In this document: positions 12,719 to 26,620 of the stretch, piece by piece
Numbering within the stretch: position 1 is the first letter of the stretch
How the letters are laid out: each line of letters opens with the position of its first letter
Assembly: GCF_963921235.1 (NCBI RefSeq)
Contig: NC_086109.1
Location: forward strand, 33,294,001 to 33,358,000
Reading direction: 5' to 3'
DNA from: Mobula hypostoma
Lineage: Eukaryota
DNA: 64,000 bases
Notes under the pieces: generated by a model
The model's input: only the letters and a program-made list of their open reading frames with translations
The model's database searches: none
What the model was told of the DNA's origin: nothing
Position numbers and translations under genes: made by a program

Positions 12719-15700
12719 TGTTATGTTCTGTAATTTCAGGAATTAATCAAAAGAAAAACACGTGTGCCGGGATACTGATGTACTTAGATTTTCTTCTCTT
12801 TTAGTGAGGCATGCACATATGACAATCCGACATCACCATTTCCTTTGCCTTTTGAAAAGTCACCCCACACTGCTTTCTCAATTACCATTTCTTCCCAATC
12901 TGTAGTAATGAGTGAAAGGGGAGGAACACAGTAGCCAGGTTTGGCAAGTACCTGTTATGGTAATTGACAAATCCTCAAAAAGGACCGCAACTGTGATATG
13001 GTCTTTGGTCTTGGGGCATCCACTGCTGCTTGAATTTTCTTAGCGCACTTGTGTAATACTTGTGCATCAATGGTGTGATCACAGTAAGTGATCTTCATTT
13101 AAAGAATTCACACTTGTGCTCTGAGCCCATAATCTTTTAATCTTTTTAATACTGTCTTGGGATTTTAGAGATGTTCCTTGTCATCCTTACGACTAACAAT
13201 GATATCATCCAGGTAACATTGAATGCCTGGACATCCTTGCAGCACCAAGTCCATAGCTTTCTGTCAAACTGCAGGTGCAGATGCTACTCCAAAAATTAGC
13301 CTATTATAGCGATAAAGCCCTTTGTGATGGTTCATGTTGAGAAACACTTTGGACTGTTCTTCCATCTCCATCTGTAGGTAGGCTTCAGCTAAGTCCACTT
13401 TGCTGAAGTGTTGCCCTTCAGAAAGGTTTGCAAAGACATCACCTATCCTGGGCAGAGGATACTGATCTACTTCAGTACTGTGTTCACAGTGCCCTTGTGA
13501 GTGTGTGCGCATCCATCACAAGCGACGAGGACCACTTTATTTGTGTGTCTGGGGGTCACTGACGAGTCCAATCTGGGCTAGCAGGTACCTCCCACACATG
13601 GGGCAAGTGTGAGAAGGTTGTGTGGTTGAGGTGCCTGCTGCTCGCTCTTTCCACCATTGTCATTTCCTTTTTGCTTTAGTGTTGCGATTGTTTTCAGCTT
13701 TGGTGGCACCTTTGTTGAGAAGGCTGCGCCTGAGTGATTCCAGGCTGTGTGTTCCCAAGAAGTGTGATCGATCTCAAGAATCCTGAGCAAAGTCTTGAGC
13801 GTGTCCTTGAATCGTTTTCACTGACCACCACAATCGTGCCTCCCCGTGTGGACAGTTCCCTGAGGAACAACTGCTTGGGTATGCGATCGCCTGACATCCC
13901 GATGACATGGCCTGCCCAGCTGACTTGATGTTTCACCAGCAATGTGTGGATGGTGGGCATGTTTGCTGCAGACTGCACTTCCGTGTCAGGAATTCTGTCT
14001 TCCCAATTGATTTTCACAATCTTCCGTAGGCATGACAAGTGGAAGTGGTTCAGCCTACATGTATGACTCAAGTAAACAGTCCACATTTCACACACGTAGA
14101 GGAGGGTGGGTAAGTTGACAAAGCAGTAGACTTTCAGCTTGGTCTTCAGAATAATTCCCCTTTGCCCCCAGACAGTGTCATATAGTCTCCCAAAATTGGC
14201 ACTTAATATCACCACAGATCCTGACAGACATATTCTTCTTGGCTGCTGGGACCACTGACATTGCTCATGGCTCCACTCAACCTTGGAAAGCATTCCTTCA
14301 GTCTCTATGAGATCTAGCTCACTGGCTACTTTATCATGGATGGTATAAGGAACCGGACGGGCTTTGTAAAACTTGGATGTGGCACTTTCACTTAACACTA
14401 TTTGACCCTCAATGTGTTTGAGTTTTCCAATGCCATCCTTGAACATTGCTGTGACATAATCCAGTACCTTTCTTAATTCATTTTCACTTGACTCTATTGC
14501 AGGGGACGTGGCATACAAATGGTGAATAGATCTTTAATTATCTCAGTCAATTTTGTTCCTACAATGCTCGCCCTCCTGTTTTTACCACATAGAAACCCAA
14601 TGTGGCTTGTTGGTTGTTGTAGTTCACTGTTATGAATGTCATTCCCACAGGACTTATCTTTTCCCCAGTATAAGTTCTTAGTTGGACATTTGAAGGCTTC
14701 AGTTCAGTATCTTTGAAATGCTGTTCAAACTCATTTCGTAGAATGTCTGAAACAGCCGAGCCAATGTCCAGTTCCATTTTAACTAGTTTTGCTGTTCAAT
14801 TCCGGTGTAAGCCATATTGCTGGTCGCTTGTTAGCTCTCAAGGCTACCCAGTCCTGTGTCATTCTCATCATTATCAGATTTTTCATCAACAGCATACAGA
14901 TTAGTGCTCTTTTTGAAAATGCAATTTGAATTTTTTTCTCTTCCCTATGCATTGCATTTATTTTTGTCTGCTTGAAATACTCATTGTGTATGTTCTATTT
15001 TGATGCATTTTCTGCAAGTTTTGCCTTAAATCTGCATTGATCTGGTGTTTTTAAGCCCCTGCCACAACAGTAACACAATTTATTCAGCCAGGTAGGTTTC
15101 TGTTTAACTGTTACAATTTTCCTCATGCTCACTTTCATTCCTGACTGCAACTCAATTGCATATTTGTCTGCTGTTTCCATTGATACAGCCATTTCAACTG
15201 CTCTTTTAACTGTGAGTTGTGCTTCAGTTAGGATCCATTTTTGAATGTTTTCTTGTAAGATACCACAAACTATATGATCTCTCAGTGCATCATTAAGCCC
15301 ATCACTGAACTGACAAGGCTACTGCAATTTCTTCATTTCAGTCACATAAGCTGAAATGGACTCCCCTTCCTTTTGATTCCACTTATGAAACCTAAAACAT
15401 TCTGCATCAACAATGGTTTTGGTTCTACATGTTCCTGCATTATGTTCATGGTATCAGCAAAGCTTCTTTCAGCCTGTTTGGATGGCGCAGTCAAACTTCT
15501 AAGTAAACTTTATGCTTTTCCACCTATTACACTCAGCAACACTGGCACTTGCTATGCATCGGCTATTTCATTTGCTTCAAAATACTCCCCAGTTTGTTCA
15601 GTATACATCATCCAGTTATCTGTTGAGCAATCAACTGCTTCTGTCTTTCTGATGCAGCCAGCCCTTTCTTCTTTCTTTTATTATTAATGATTACTATCAC

Positions 15701-16115
15701 CTGGTAATCACTGTTTATAAATCTGTGGCTGTACCTATTGCTTGTTAACTTAGTCCGGTTTCTGCCTTTTCTTTAAACTTGGAACTTCTCTCTGCCATTC
15801 CAAAAAAACATGTGCTGAACATTTTGTTAACTTGAACATGTCTCTCCCTTTCTGAAGGAAAAAATGTGCTGCACTCCTCTTCTTTTCGTTTTAATACTAT
15901 CTCGATGGCACTGTTACTTTTTGTAACTCCAGAAATTAATCAAAAGAAAACCACAGGAACCGGGAATACTCATGGAATTAACTTTTCTTTTAGTGAGTAG
16001 CACATACTTCTTACATATAACCCATAATGAATTATGTAAACAAACAAAGAATGCTTAATCAAACAGTATATTTACACTATTGCTCAAATAATACTGAAAT
16101 ATTGAATATAGCGCA
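12719..16115 (-). mobile_element. Gypsy LTR retrotransposon, internally deleted and decayed
   Basis: LTR-like segments at 12719-~12823 and 15912-~16115 (both start tgtta..tgtaa..attaatcaaaagaaaa), and a degenerate PBS next to 15912. Gag Zn knuckle remnant (CYCCGRG...DQC), protease MELDIGSAVS, RT YPLPRI..FSKVDLAEAYLQ..YNRLIFGVASAP. Integrase is absent. Confidence 0.88.
13497..14200 (-). mobile_element. RTE-clade LINE 3' end inserted in the Gypsy RT
   Basis: FGRL...VW..RGI..KTKLKVY...PTLLY..E.WTVY...RIPKQL (RTE RT C-terminus). It interrupts Gypsy CGD.K/TVN..L..DQYPLP. Confidence 0.85.
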
Positions 16116-18880
16116 GTCCCCAATTTCCTGTTTTTTACTTGTGGCCGCTATGAAATCCAACATGGCTCCCAGGTGAGAGCCATATGGGCCCAAGTTGAGA
16201 ACCACAGTTTTAAAACACACTGAACTGGTCTGTAACTGCGGTAGTCCAAGCTTGTATGATCTGAATGTGCACATGTCATGACAAATATACAGATGTTTTG
16301 AAATTTATTGGCTTACCCTCCTACATTAGTGAGCCTGTTTTCATAGTTTGCTACAATGACTAAATCATGATCCATAATGTTGCACTGTGCATATCATTTT
16401 CCCTTATGCTGAATGCTTTGTCAAAGAAGGCTTTCTATTTGATAGTGCATTCTGTATAAGATAACTGGCTGAACTGGGTAGGCTAAGTGTCTGGACTCAT
16501 TATCACTTTGTGTGCCAAATCACTGATGGTAACTCAACACCTTTAAGCAAAAATTTCCCAGTGAATCCATGCTGAGTGTCAAGCATTCGGTTATACCAAT
16601 TCCACAAAAATCCCACTTTATTCTTCTTGCTTTGCCATCAAATTCCTCAGTTTGCACTTACCAACTAGAGATTGTTTACAGTGCTCAATTAACCCATCGA
16701 TTTGCATGTCTTTAGGATGTGGTGGGAGATGGGAGTGAGCCTAAGAAAGCCCCAGAGACAGCAGCAGTGGTCAGGATTGAACCCCTGTTGCCAGAAGCAT
16801 GAGGCTACAGCTGTACAAACCCACTGTATCATCTGAATCTTTCATTGTCTGTAATAAATTCCAAGTTATGAAATTCTTCACACTGTTGCCTTGCTACTCA
16901 TCACGGAAATAATATTTTGCTGCTGTCTTAGCCTTGGCTGCGGGCTGTAAATGTGAGATATCATTACTGTCATTACAGTGACATATCATTTCTTAAGTGA
17001 GACATCATTTGGCAACTGTGACACTTGGCTCTTCAGAACTAACAGGACTGTAAAAGCCAGTGGGCATTTTAGTGATGTGACTGAAATTCGTAGCTTTTGG
17101 ACTTTATTGTAGGTCCCTGACTGTGGATTGCACCTGTAGTTTCATGTATAATGCATGTAGTACTTCTGCAATCTTAGAGGCCATCTGCATTAACGCATCA
17201 ATTTTACACGTAGGATTTTAATGTTAGATTTTAAATGTGTAATAGCTTTTACTTCAAGGAGCAACCCATACATAAACCCACTGCATAAGGCATGATTTAA
17301 AATTATACTGTAATGAAAAGTACTTTAATAAATTAATATGCTCCACAATGATTTGTTCTGCTTCTGGCTCCTTGTCCAGCATACATACTTACCAAGTTTT
17401 AGTGATAATAATTACTAATAATAGCTTTTAATAAAGGTAATTTCTGTCTATCTTTTAACAATGAAAGAATGATATAGAATGCTGGACATTCTCAGTAGTT
17501 TTAACAATGTCTGTGGAGAGAGAAAGACTTAAATTTTTCAACTTCAATACTTTTCATCTGAATCATGTAAACTATGCTTTTTTTCCCCTCCATATGTACT
17601 GCATGACTTGTTAAGTACTTTTAGCAAACTCTGTATTTTTGTTTCATGTTTCCAGCATCTGCAGTTTTTGCTTTATAATCTTCAAACAAAGCACCTTTCA
17701 CCTCGAGTAATACCTCATTCAGTGTACTGCCTTTTAACATTCATTGATTGTTCTGTGTAGCTTCCCTTAGACAGTTCAAAGATGACATCAGCTGATTCTT
17801 TTTCTCAGAATCAGTGATGCATGTTGAGGCTGCTTGTATTTTCAGAAGAAGGGTCTCAACTGTTCATTTCCCTCCACAGATCTCCACAGGTGCTGCCTGA
17901 TCGCCTGATCTGCTGAGCTCATCATTTTTCGCTCCAGATTCCAGCATCTGCAGTCTCTTGTGTCTCCATTATATGGTCATAGTTGTATCAAGGGACTGTT
18001 CCATTGAGATCAATGTGTAATGAGTAATACTGAAGTCATTAGATCAATGCATCCTGTTTGAAAAACATCAGATACAGGTGAAAAGAGCATGGAACCAGTA
18101 TTGGATCAGTCCATTTTCCTTGCAGATACTATCTCTCCCAAAACGATTGCTAGCAATCATTTGTGCATGGACGGCATCCAAACCTATTTATAGGCTCTAA
18201 AAAGTTTACAGAGCAAGAAATAAAGATTAGAAAGTGCATATAACATTAAGTTAAAAGCTAAGATATTGAAATTAAATTAATTTTGAAAAGTGAGAATATA
18301 ATTTTTATATCCTAATGTATTTTGAAATATGTATCGGTGTGAGTTAAAACCCTCTTGTATAGAATTAGTTTAATCAGAGACAGAATTTGCTAAAAAAAAA
18401 AGACAAGGAATGTGACAAAGAAAAAGACATCATGTATTGCGTTTATTTAACTCATGCAACAATTTATCTATTTTACAGATATCATTTGCAATGGTTATTT
18501 TGGACCTAAAATGCTATGTTTAATAATCAAAGTTTATGCCTGTAGGTCCAGCCATCTATGCCCTCTATGTCATTCAGAGGATTTTAAGGGACAATACATA
18601 GGTCACAGTCTGTAATGGGAATTTGATCATATTAATTGGTCTCAGATATTGTGTTTTTCTTTGTAACAGTTCTTGTCATTTTTTCTAACTTTGTTTTATT
18701 TTCTTAGCAAAGCTTCAACTAAACATTGAGTATTTTCCTTGAACTTTTGGAGGGTCTAAATACATTAGATTTGGGATGTTTAATCAAATTCTTAACAGGA
18801 TTATTAATGGTTTCAAGAAGAAACTGAATAGGTTCTGCTCAACAAATAAAACGTCCATGATTTTCCCACCAACTGGAGAG

Positions 18881-20077
18881 TGTCATGGTTGAGGGTTGAA
18901 ACACTCGGTGAAGGCTGGGAACCACCTGATGACATCTGCTCCCGGCTGAAGGCTATGGTTACCTTATAAGGTAACTGAAGAATGCACCCTAACAGGTGTA
19001 TGTAACAAGAACAAGTTTAAATTTTTTTTTGTCATAGGCATACACACTAAATGCCATGAAAATTAGTGGTTTTTTTGCAGCAGCACAGTAAAGTTTTATT
19101 GGAAAAGCATGTGTGAAGGTTTTAAATTTCTCACAAAAAATATGAAAGTTCCTTAGCGAAGTAGGGAAAATAGATCTGGTGTGGCATTAGGTATAATGCA
19201 AATTTGGAAGAAAATATTGAACAGGAAACCCCTGCATCAATATTTGTATTTATTGGTTGAACAATTTCTCTGATGCTTTGGGATTGCAGAAGCTAATGTC
19301 ACGCAGGTGAGAAACTGATAGGAAGTTCAGCGGTCTAATGAACAGGGAGGCAATTAAAAGAGAGAGAGTACGGCGTGAGCTGAGACACAAACTGGGAAGT
19401 CACCATGGTAACAGCTCAGAGCGGTTGAGCTAATGGACGCTGGAATTTTGGATGGATTATAAAAAAAGTTGATCCTTCGGTCTGATAACGGCAGAGGAGA
19501 CACGACATGAGAGAACTGAGGAAGCTACCCGTTGAAACCACTGGTGAAGTTTAAGACCACCACGAAGGTGGAGGCGACGGACTGATTAATTTCGACCCGT
19601 GATTACCAGTGCGGGTAAGAGCTTGCCTGTGGGGGTCTGCTGGTGGTGAACCCGTGCCATGGGTGAGTAGACCATTCCCTAGAAGAGGCTCTGTCCATCT
19701 GTGTCTGTGTGGGGGTCACACAAAGTGACTCTGAAGACTTTGGAAGCAAGAACAACTAAAGCTGCCGACTTGAACATCAACTCAACTAACTCTGTCTCTC
19801 TCCATCAATTCAACTCGACGCAACACAAAGTGAACTGAACTGCTTAAACTTACCTGACACCATAAGACTGATATCTACCTCCTGAACAATTATTTTTGTA
19901 TCCACACACACATTTACAGATCTATATATATAATAGTTTATAACCTGTATTGTATTACTCGGTTTAATGATATTAATTCGTCGTAGTAATAAATATAGTC
20001 TTAATTTATAGAAAACCAGACTCTAGGTGTGTTCCATTTCTGCTGGTCCTTTTCAACCCGTCACAGGGTTCATGACG
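18881..20077 (+). mobile_element. Probable LTR (solo or partial)
   Basis: TGTCATG...CATGAC(G) termini, CpG-retaining interior, and AATAAA ~90 bp from the end. No TSD recognised and the left boundary is uncertain. Confidence 0.45.
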
Positions 20078-21990
20078 CTAAATAACAAATTCAACATGAA
20101 AATCAAAGACGGGAGTGGCTGGAAATCTGATTATAAAAACAAAATGCTGGAAACACTCGGCAGGTTAGTCAGCATCTGTGGAAAGAGAAATGGAGTTAAT
20201 GTTTAAAATTCGATATGTGTTGCCTAGAAATGTAATTACCTATTGCCATATTTTTCAAGACACTGCAGCTTAAGATTATTTTTGTTTCTAAATGAAATGC
20301 AGTATTGACTATTTTAGGTTGTTTTGCTTACGAAAATAAAGTATGAAGTTCACTACTAAAATTTAATCTTGTTCTTCTGAACGTAAGGTATCATTTTGAT
20401 CCTGGCACGCATGTGACTTCATTTCAGATATGATGTTCATTTGGAACATTACATGGAGCTTGAACTTTGGTGTGAAGAGATGCATGGCATTCTAGGACAA
20501 GCAAACTTCCCAACGCAACAGACCTTGGAGCCATATTGGGTAAATATTTATCCATACGCCCCACAGTACTGTGCCAAGCACCAACGTGACCAGCCCTCTC
20601 GCACTTAACTCTAGGCCACTCCCTGTTGCTAAACCCTAATTCAATGATTTTCTACCCCTCATCCCGTGAATATACATGATGTTGATCCTAAACCTTTGAT
20701 TTTACAGCTGCTCTTCCCCTTTGCTCCACTTATGCTGTTATCTATTATCTTACCCCACCCTGGCCACACACTTTTCTGTGTTAGTACCTCAGTCCCATTT
20801 GCATTGGAGTACATACTATCCCTAAAATGCCATTTTAATTACTTTTTTGTTGCAAACTTTCCATTGTCCTTGTGGCATTTAAGGGGCATTTTGACTGGCA
20901 CATGAAATGAGTGGAACAGAAGGGTATAGATCATATACTTGCAGGTAGGTTTAGTTTAATTTAGCATCACGCCTGGCATAGACAATGTGAGCTGAAGGCC
21001 CTATTTCGGTGCTACACTATTCTGTATTGTATCAAATACACTTTGTTAGGAAACTAGAACTGAAACAATTAAGTAGAACTCATGGAGCACACTCTTGTAA
21101 AGCAGAAAAGTGTAAAATTCTTGTTAGGTACTTGTTAGGCACAGATTTCTTTTTTGGCAGATGTTAAGCTCAATTATAAGTCAGCAGGGGAATTGGTTTT
21201 CCTTCTTCAATATTTTAGTGCCATAAATAACATTATGGCCTATTTCTCACCTTTCCCTTTTATGTAAACCCTAAGCCATTCAAAAACACCAGAATGCAGA
21301 TAATGCTAATCTGAAATAAAACAAAACGGTTTTAAAATCTTCCATTCAATCTGAACAATTAATTCTGGAGTCTCTTCAGATACACTACTCACTCAGCTGA
21401 GCAGTTCCAGCATCTTCTGTTTGATTTCCCGATGATACGTGAAATTAGTAAAGAGTGTCAGTTGTTGGTATGTTTCACATCCTTGTGTAATACCATCTGT
21501 CTGCGACTCCCCCTACAGTGTAAAGGGAAGCTAAATTTTGGGAAAACTTTCTGGAGAAGTCTGACTTCAGAGGCCTCACTTATGTGGTTTGAGAACACAC
21601 TGCTGCTGTCACCCCAGCCCATCCTGTCTGCAGTAAGCAGAGGTGTCTCCGGCAAGTCTCACTTCAAAGGTCACACTTGACTACAACTGTATCCTGCTAT
21701 CCTTGCTAACCGTATCTCCCACACTCCCTCCTCTTTGTCCTGTAGAGGACAACTGAAATCTTATTGAATTTCAATAGCACAGAGCCTCTGAAACTCTGTG
21801 ACAGTTTCATCAAGGGAGATTGGCTATTGTATCACGATGGAGGTGGCTCCTGAGGGCTAGCATTCCACAGAGTCATCTCAGATCAAATACTGAAAGGAAT
21901 ATAACGACCAACAAGAATCCAGCTCCTGTTGCTCACTTCACTGCTCAGTGGAGTTATCCCAGCCCCTGAGTAAAGAGTGAAGCTAGCTAA

Positions 21991-22324
21991 CTTACTGCCC
22001 GCTGCACCGCTGGCATTTAGGGCAGCAGTGAAGGTTGTCTGTCTCCTTCTGCCCATACCATCACACATAGATTTAGAAGGTTTCTTCACTGTGGTTTCCA
22101 TAACAGTTTTGTTTGACCAGTCAGGGTTGGCCCTGAGCTGAACCCTGAATCTGGAGGACAAAAGGACCACTATTAGTCTGGCCTCTACCCTTTCACCTGT
22201 CTGGCATAGGTGACCCTACCAAGAGCCAAAGCACAAGGCCCTGACTCCAGCCAACATAGCTCTCTGGGTCAATGAGGCACGCAAGCTCCAAACCCGACGA
22301 CAAAGTTGTGGTCCTCTTGGAGGA
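21991..22324 (-). mobile_element. RTE-derived short non-autonomous retroposon
   Basis: TSD AAGCTAGCTAA at 21980-21990 and 22325-22335. The 3' end resembles an RTE ORF terminus (FTAALNASGAAGSK) with a TAAG tail. Confidence 0.7.
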
Positions 22325-22726
22325 AAGCTAGCTAAAACATCCCCGAAGTGAGAATTGAGTCTTGTGCAGCTGTTTCTCAGTTGTCCTAACCTTATTAGCT
22401 TCTGCAGTTAAATTGGTGACATTCTCGGACATATCAGGGATGCACTTGCATGAGTACCACCCTTTGTGGCCAATAAAAGTCCACTGCTAATCGATTTTGA
22501 AGGGCCACAGTGCGGATTGACACTATTTCAGCAACAATGACATTGCTAGCCTGACTCATCTCATTTAGCGCTAAGCCAACTTCTCCAGTGCTGATGCTCT
22601 TATGAGTGAATCTGGCAGGTCACCAGAACAGGGATGCTATAATCCAGAAATGCTCTGTAATCCTCCTTTGATGGCGGCCCAGCACAGTGGGATGAATAGA
22701 GAGTGTGAGCAGGTGGTACATATATG

Positions 22727-22803
22727 TCTTGTATGAGTTCCTCCAGCATCTGGCACTTGTTGCTTGGATTTCCAGCATCTGCAGATTTTCTCTTGTTTGT
22801 GAT
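22727..22803 (+). mobile_element. Penelope pLTR 3'-end micro-insertion
   Basis: gagttcctccagcat...gatttccagcatctgcagattttctcttgtttg, with TSD TGGTACATATATG at 22714-22726 and 22804-22816. Confidence 0.8.
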
Positions 22804-25044
22804 TGGTACATATATGGTACCACGTAGGCTAAACAACAACAACCCCTCTACGTCTTTGATTCAAGCCAAAGATGGGTTCTCCTGGCAGCCGCACACCTAA
22901 TAAATACCATTGAAAGGATTCAGAGGGTCACCAGTGGTATAACTGTTGCTTGTACTCTTACCTAAGTCGAGGGCTATCCCTTGCTGGTTATAGTAACATA
23001 CTGTATATCACCCCTATCCCTGAACAACCTGTGTGCTCTAAATTTAAAGCCGAGCTACTTACCGGTTACAAATGCCCATTTTATAGACATACGAGCAAGT
23101 GTTTGGGAGATCGGCTGGATGGATTTGTTGGTTTACTAACCCAAGTGATTCTGCAGATGCAGGAAATGCAGGGTAACACACACACACAATGCTGGAGGAA
23201 CTCGACAGCTCAGCACCTATGGAGAGGAACAAACAGCCAACATTCCAGACTGTGACCCTTCCTCGGGACATCAGGAATTTGTTGGCTGTTATGGGGCTGC
23301 AGGAATCTTCTGCCATGTTGGAACTTGACTTGTACCTCTGATACAAGGTTGGGAATCACAGTGCACACTCTAGCTACATATAATATGAATGAAACAAACC
23401 AGTCCTTTATTCTGTATCAGAGCTCAAACATTATTGACTATGGACAATTGGTTTCATGCATTAACTATATCATTGCCTCTTGCAGAGAAATATGACTGGT
23501 TGGGTTAAATGACCTGGTTTAACTACACATTAGTTGGCTTTTTATTTAAATATGTTGCATGCTGGCTGTATTTCCTTCTTGCGAACTGTTTAGTTTACTA
23601 TATGAATGGAATCATGTATTACCTGGGGAGGACCTGGACTAAGGTAAGTGCTCAGTAGTAAAGAAATTATTGGCTTCTCTGTTAATAAATCATTTTTACC
23701 ATGAACACAGAAATAAAGCATTATATTGTACAATATGTTTCTAATTGTTTGTTTTGTTGCTAAGGAAAGAAAATTGTAAAAAGTCCTGCAATTTAACAAT
23801 GCAGGATGTCAATTTCAAAATGCATGATAATCGTATCTTTGTGAAAATCCCCGAGGCAATGTCTGCCCTATTTTTGTTTGTATTTCCTTAGCCCATAAAT
23901 TTTTTAGGTGTTTGAGTGAGTCATGCATTGCTCACAACTTCTGAATCAGCGCAGACAGCTGCCTTTTACATTCTGAGCTTCCGAAAGTTTCCTGTGAGAG
24001 GATGTGGACTACAAAAAGCTAATCATAACCTGTCAGTTAGATATGCAGGAGGGACTACTGAGTCAGAGATTTGAAAACATAACATAGACAATGACATACT
24101 TGGTTAACACAGTTATGTGCATAAGGATCCATTCTCACAGTCAGCTGAAAGGGATCATTGCCAGAAAACATTTTGCAAATATGGAGGAGTTTGAATACGA
24201 ACTGAAAAAGCCAAGACTTCAGTCTTCAAACATAAAATGTGAAGCAAAGTGGTTGTATTATTGAAGTAAATCACCCAAAGGAAATTCCCCTGCTGGTTTT
24301 CTCAACTGAGCAAAGAAAAGCCACTTTACAGAAAACACGCCTTCATATAAAAACAATGAGGATTTGAAGTGTATTTTATTATCATGCCTGTAACCAAAAG
24401 CAACTGTTATCATTAAAAAGTAATGTTTTGTGATACAGTTGTCACACTGAGAAACTTTATGCTTCCTGTTTGTGCTGAGTTAACTGGTCTCAACCTGAGT
24501 GGCAGAAGATGGGTTACAATCAGTCCTTGTACCTCTACAGCTGGGTGAAGTAAAACAGTAGTCAAAACTCGTTGTCGCTTTCAGCCTTCAGAACTTCACT
24601 TGGGCATCAGTGTCTGGGAACCTAGTTAGTATTTTGGTGTTTCTTCATACGTCAACACTCCCAGAGCTACCAAGTTAAATAGACAAAAAAAATTACACAT
24701 GCCTGTCCTTGACTCACTTCTTCCTTTTTCCCATGCTCAGGGTCTGGAATGACATATCTGCACTGATGGGAATAGAGGTGATATTCCCTGTGAATGTCAT
24801 TGGAAACCGCAAAATGTCAGAGCAGGATTGGGGCTGGTTGGAAAAAGTGGGAGCAAATAGATTCCACTTCAATGCAGAGAACGTTTGGCAAGGGGAGAAA
24901 ACAGAGAAGGAAAAGAGTCAAGACCATAGTAATTATTTATTGGACCAGCAATTGAAAGACCCAGTCAGATGATCCAGAAATAAAAGTTGTTAGGTTATGC
25001 CTCAGTCATAATAGGTACAGATGAGACTGTATCAAGAATTTTTG

Positions 25045-25868
25045 AGGAGGCCTCCATTGGTCAGGTTTGGCCATGGTTATTGTGTTCCAGATTGTTGTGT
25101 ATTTCATCTTTCAATAGTATTTGAACAGTCTTATATAATATATTAGTTGTTTAAGTATTCTTGTTCATTTAAATATAGAATTACGGGTTAAATGTAAAAA
25201 AAAGTTAATTGCATACATCATCATGCTACCATGTGATACGTGTATGCCTCGCTTAAGGTAAACTCGAAGTTAGACCCCCATTTTGGACTCCTGTGTCTTC
25301 CTTTGAATTAGTTTAGTGTTTAGAAGTTACAAAACATAACACAGCTGTTGCATGATATGCAAGCCAGGACAGTACAATATGCAGAGCAAGCTGTTACCCA
25401 TGCAGCAGGCCCCCCTCTCCATGCAGCTGATGAATCCAAAGGAACAGCTGACACCGATACAGTTCAGCACCAGCAGCATCACAGTAGTTGGCGGTCAGCG
25501 TTGAATTCAACATTGGACTCCAGTTCCATAATTTTCCTTGGGATTTACTCCCAAAGCTTCCCCCATGAGTGGGTACAGCCACAAGTCAGCGGAGGTTTGA
25601 GATCAGAGTTCTCCTTCTATTTGAGCTGCCAACCACAGCTGACAAACCCTGTCTGTCAGAAGCAATTGTCTTAAAGGCACCAGTAACCCACCTTTGCCTC
25701 TTCTCCTGTCAATTGAAATGGTTCCATCAGGCTTAGTAGCTAAGCCACATGAGAAGGCCAGGAACTGGACTTGGATGTCAGAGGCTATTTGAGATGCACG
25801 CCACCAGGAGCATTTGATAGGAATTAGGAGCTTACCCCCACTACTGACTATAACAACATGAAGGAACC
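25045..25868 (-). mobile_element. Non-autonomous retroposon (RTE-related), same family as 63205-63788
   Basis: Colinear similarity over ~580 bp with 63205-63788. Interrupted by the solo LTR. Confidence 0.65.
25093..25341 (+). mobile_element. Solo Gypsy LTR
   Basis: TGTT...AACA termini and TSD CAGAT/CAGCT (1 mismatch). Similar to the reverse complement of 15912-16115. Interrupts a repeat that is intact at ~63240-63260. Confidence 0.8.
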
Positions 25869-25896
25869 TGCATCTGGAATATTATTTATTGTATTG

Positions 25897-26620
25897 GTCT
25901 CTTTATTTAGTGAAGGATTTTAGTGCATTGGAAACTACTGAGAGGTTGATTGGATAGGTATGTGGAACAGTTAATTAAATTGGAGTTCAGGTCACCTTAT
26001 GAAGAAAGGCTGGACAGCTTAAGTGTGTATCTTCTGGAATTTATAAGACTGAGAGAGATGTTGATTGAAACATAAAGTGGTGAGAGACCCTAACATTAAA
26101 TGTGGTGAAAATGTTTGAGGGCTAAGGGTCCCAGTATAAAAATAAGGGGGTTACCCATTTAAGACAGAAATAAGGCACCTCTTTTTCTCTCAAAAGATTG
26201 TGAGTCTTTGGAGCTCTCTTCCTCTGGAAAAAGAAAAGAGTGAATATTGCTCACTACGAGACTGTCTTGCTGAAATCAAATTGTTAAAGGGTTGATAGAC
26301 TATGTGTAGGGAGGATGGTTCCCTTAACTGAGGAGACTAGGACCAAGGAAACAGTTTGAGGGTAAGGGAAAGGACATTTGGGACTGAAATGAGGAGATAC
26401 TTCGGTCAAAGTGAGAACCTTCTCCATTCTTTAAATTCTCAGTGGCTGTGGAAGTTGAGCCATGATATTTATTTGAAACAGACAGATTTCTAGGCATTAA
26501 GGGAATCAACGGATCTGAGGATAATGATGGAAAATAGCTCTGCGTCAGAAGATAGGACCTTGATCTGAATATCAAAGCAGTCCTGGTGGCCTATTCCTGT
26601 TCTTACTCCTGCTCCTTATA
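25897..26620 (+). mobile_element. Degenerate CR1 3' fragments
   Basis: Weak similarity to the CR1 RT end and 3' UTR (ttatgaagaaaggctggacag, ggcctattcctgttct). Confidence 0.55.

Larger units (their letters stand above)
11281..16207 (-). mobile_element. hAT (Charlie-like) DNA transposon remnant hosting the Gypsy insertion
   Basis: Terminal inverted repeats CAGTGGCTCTCAAC (11281) and GTTGAGAACCACAG (ends 16207). Minus-strand transposase C-terminus at ~11570-11760: LIGFPTSYQIECGF ... KRG...LTKLQPDI.KLA..NQSQGS. Confidence 0.75.
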
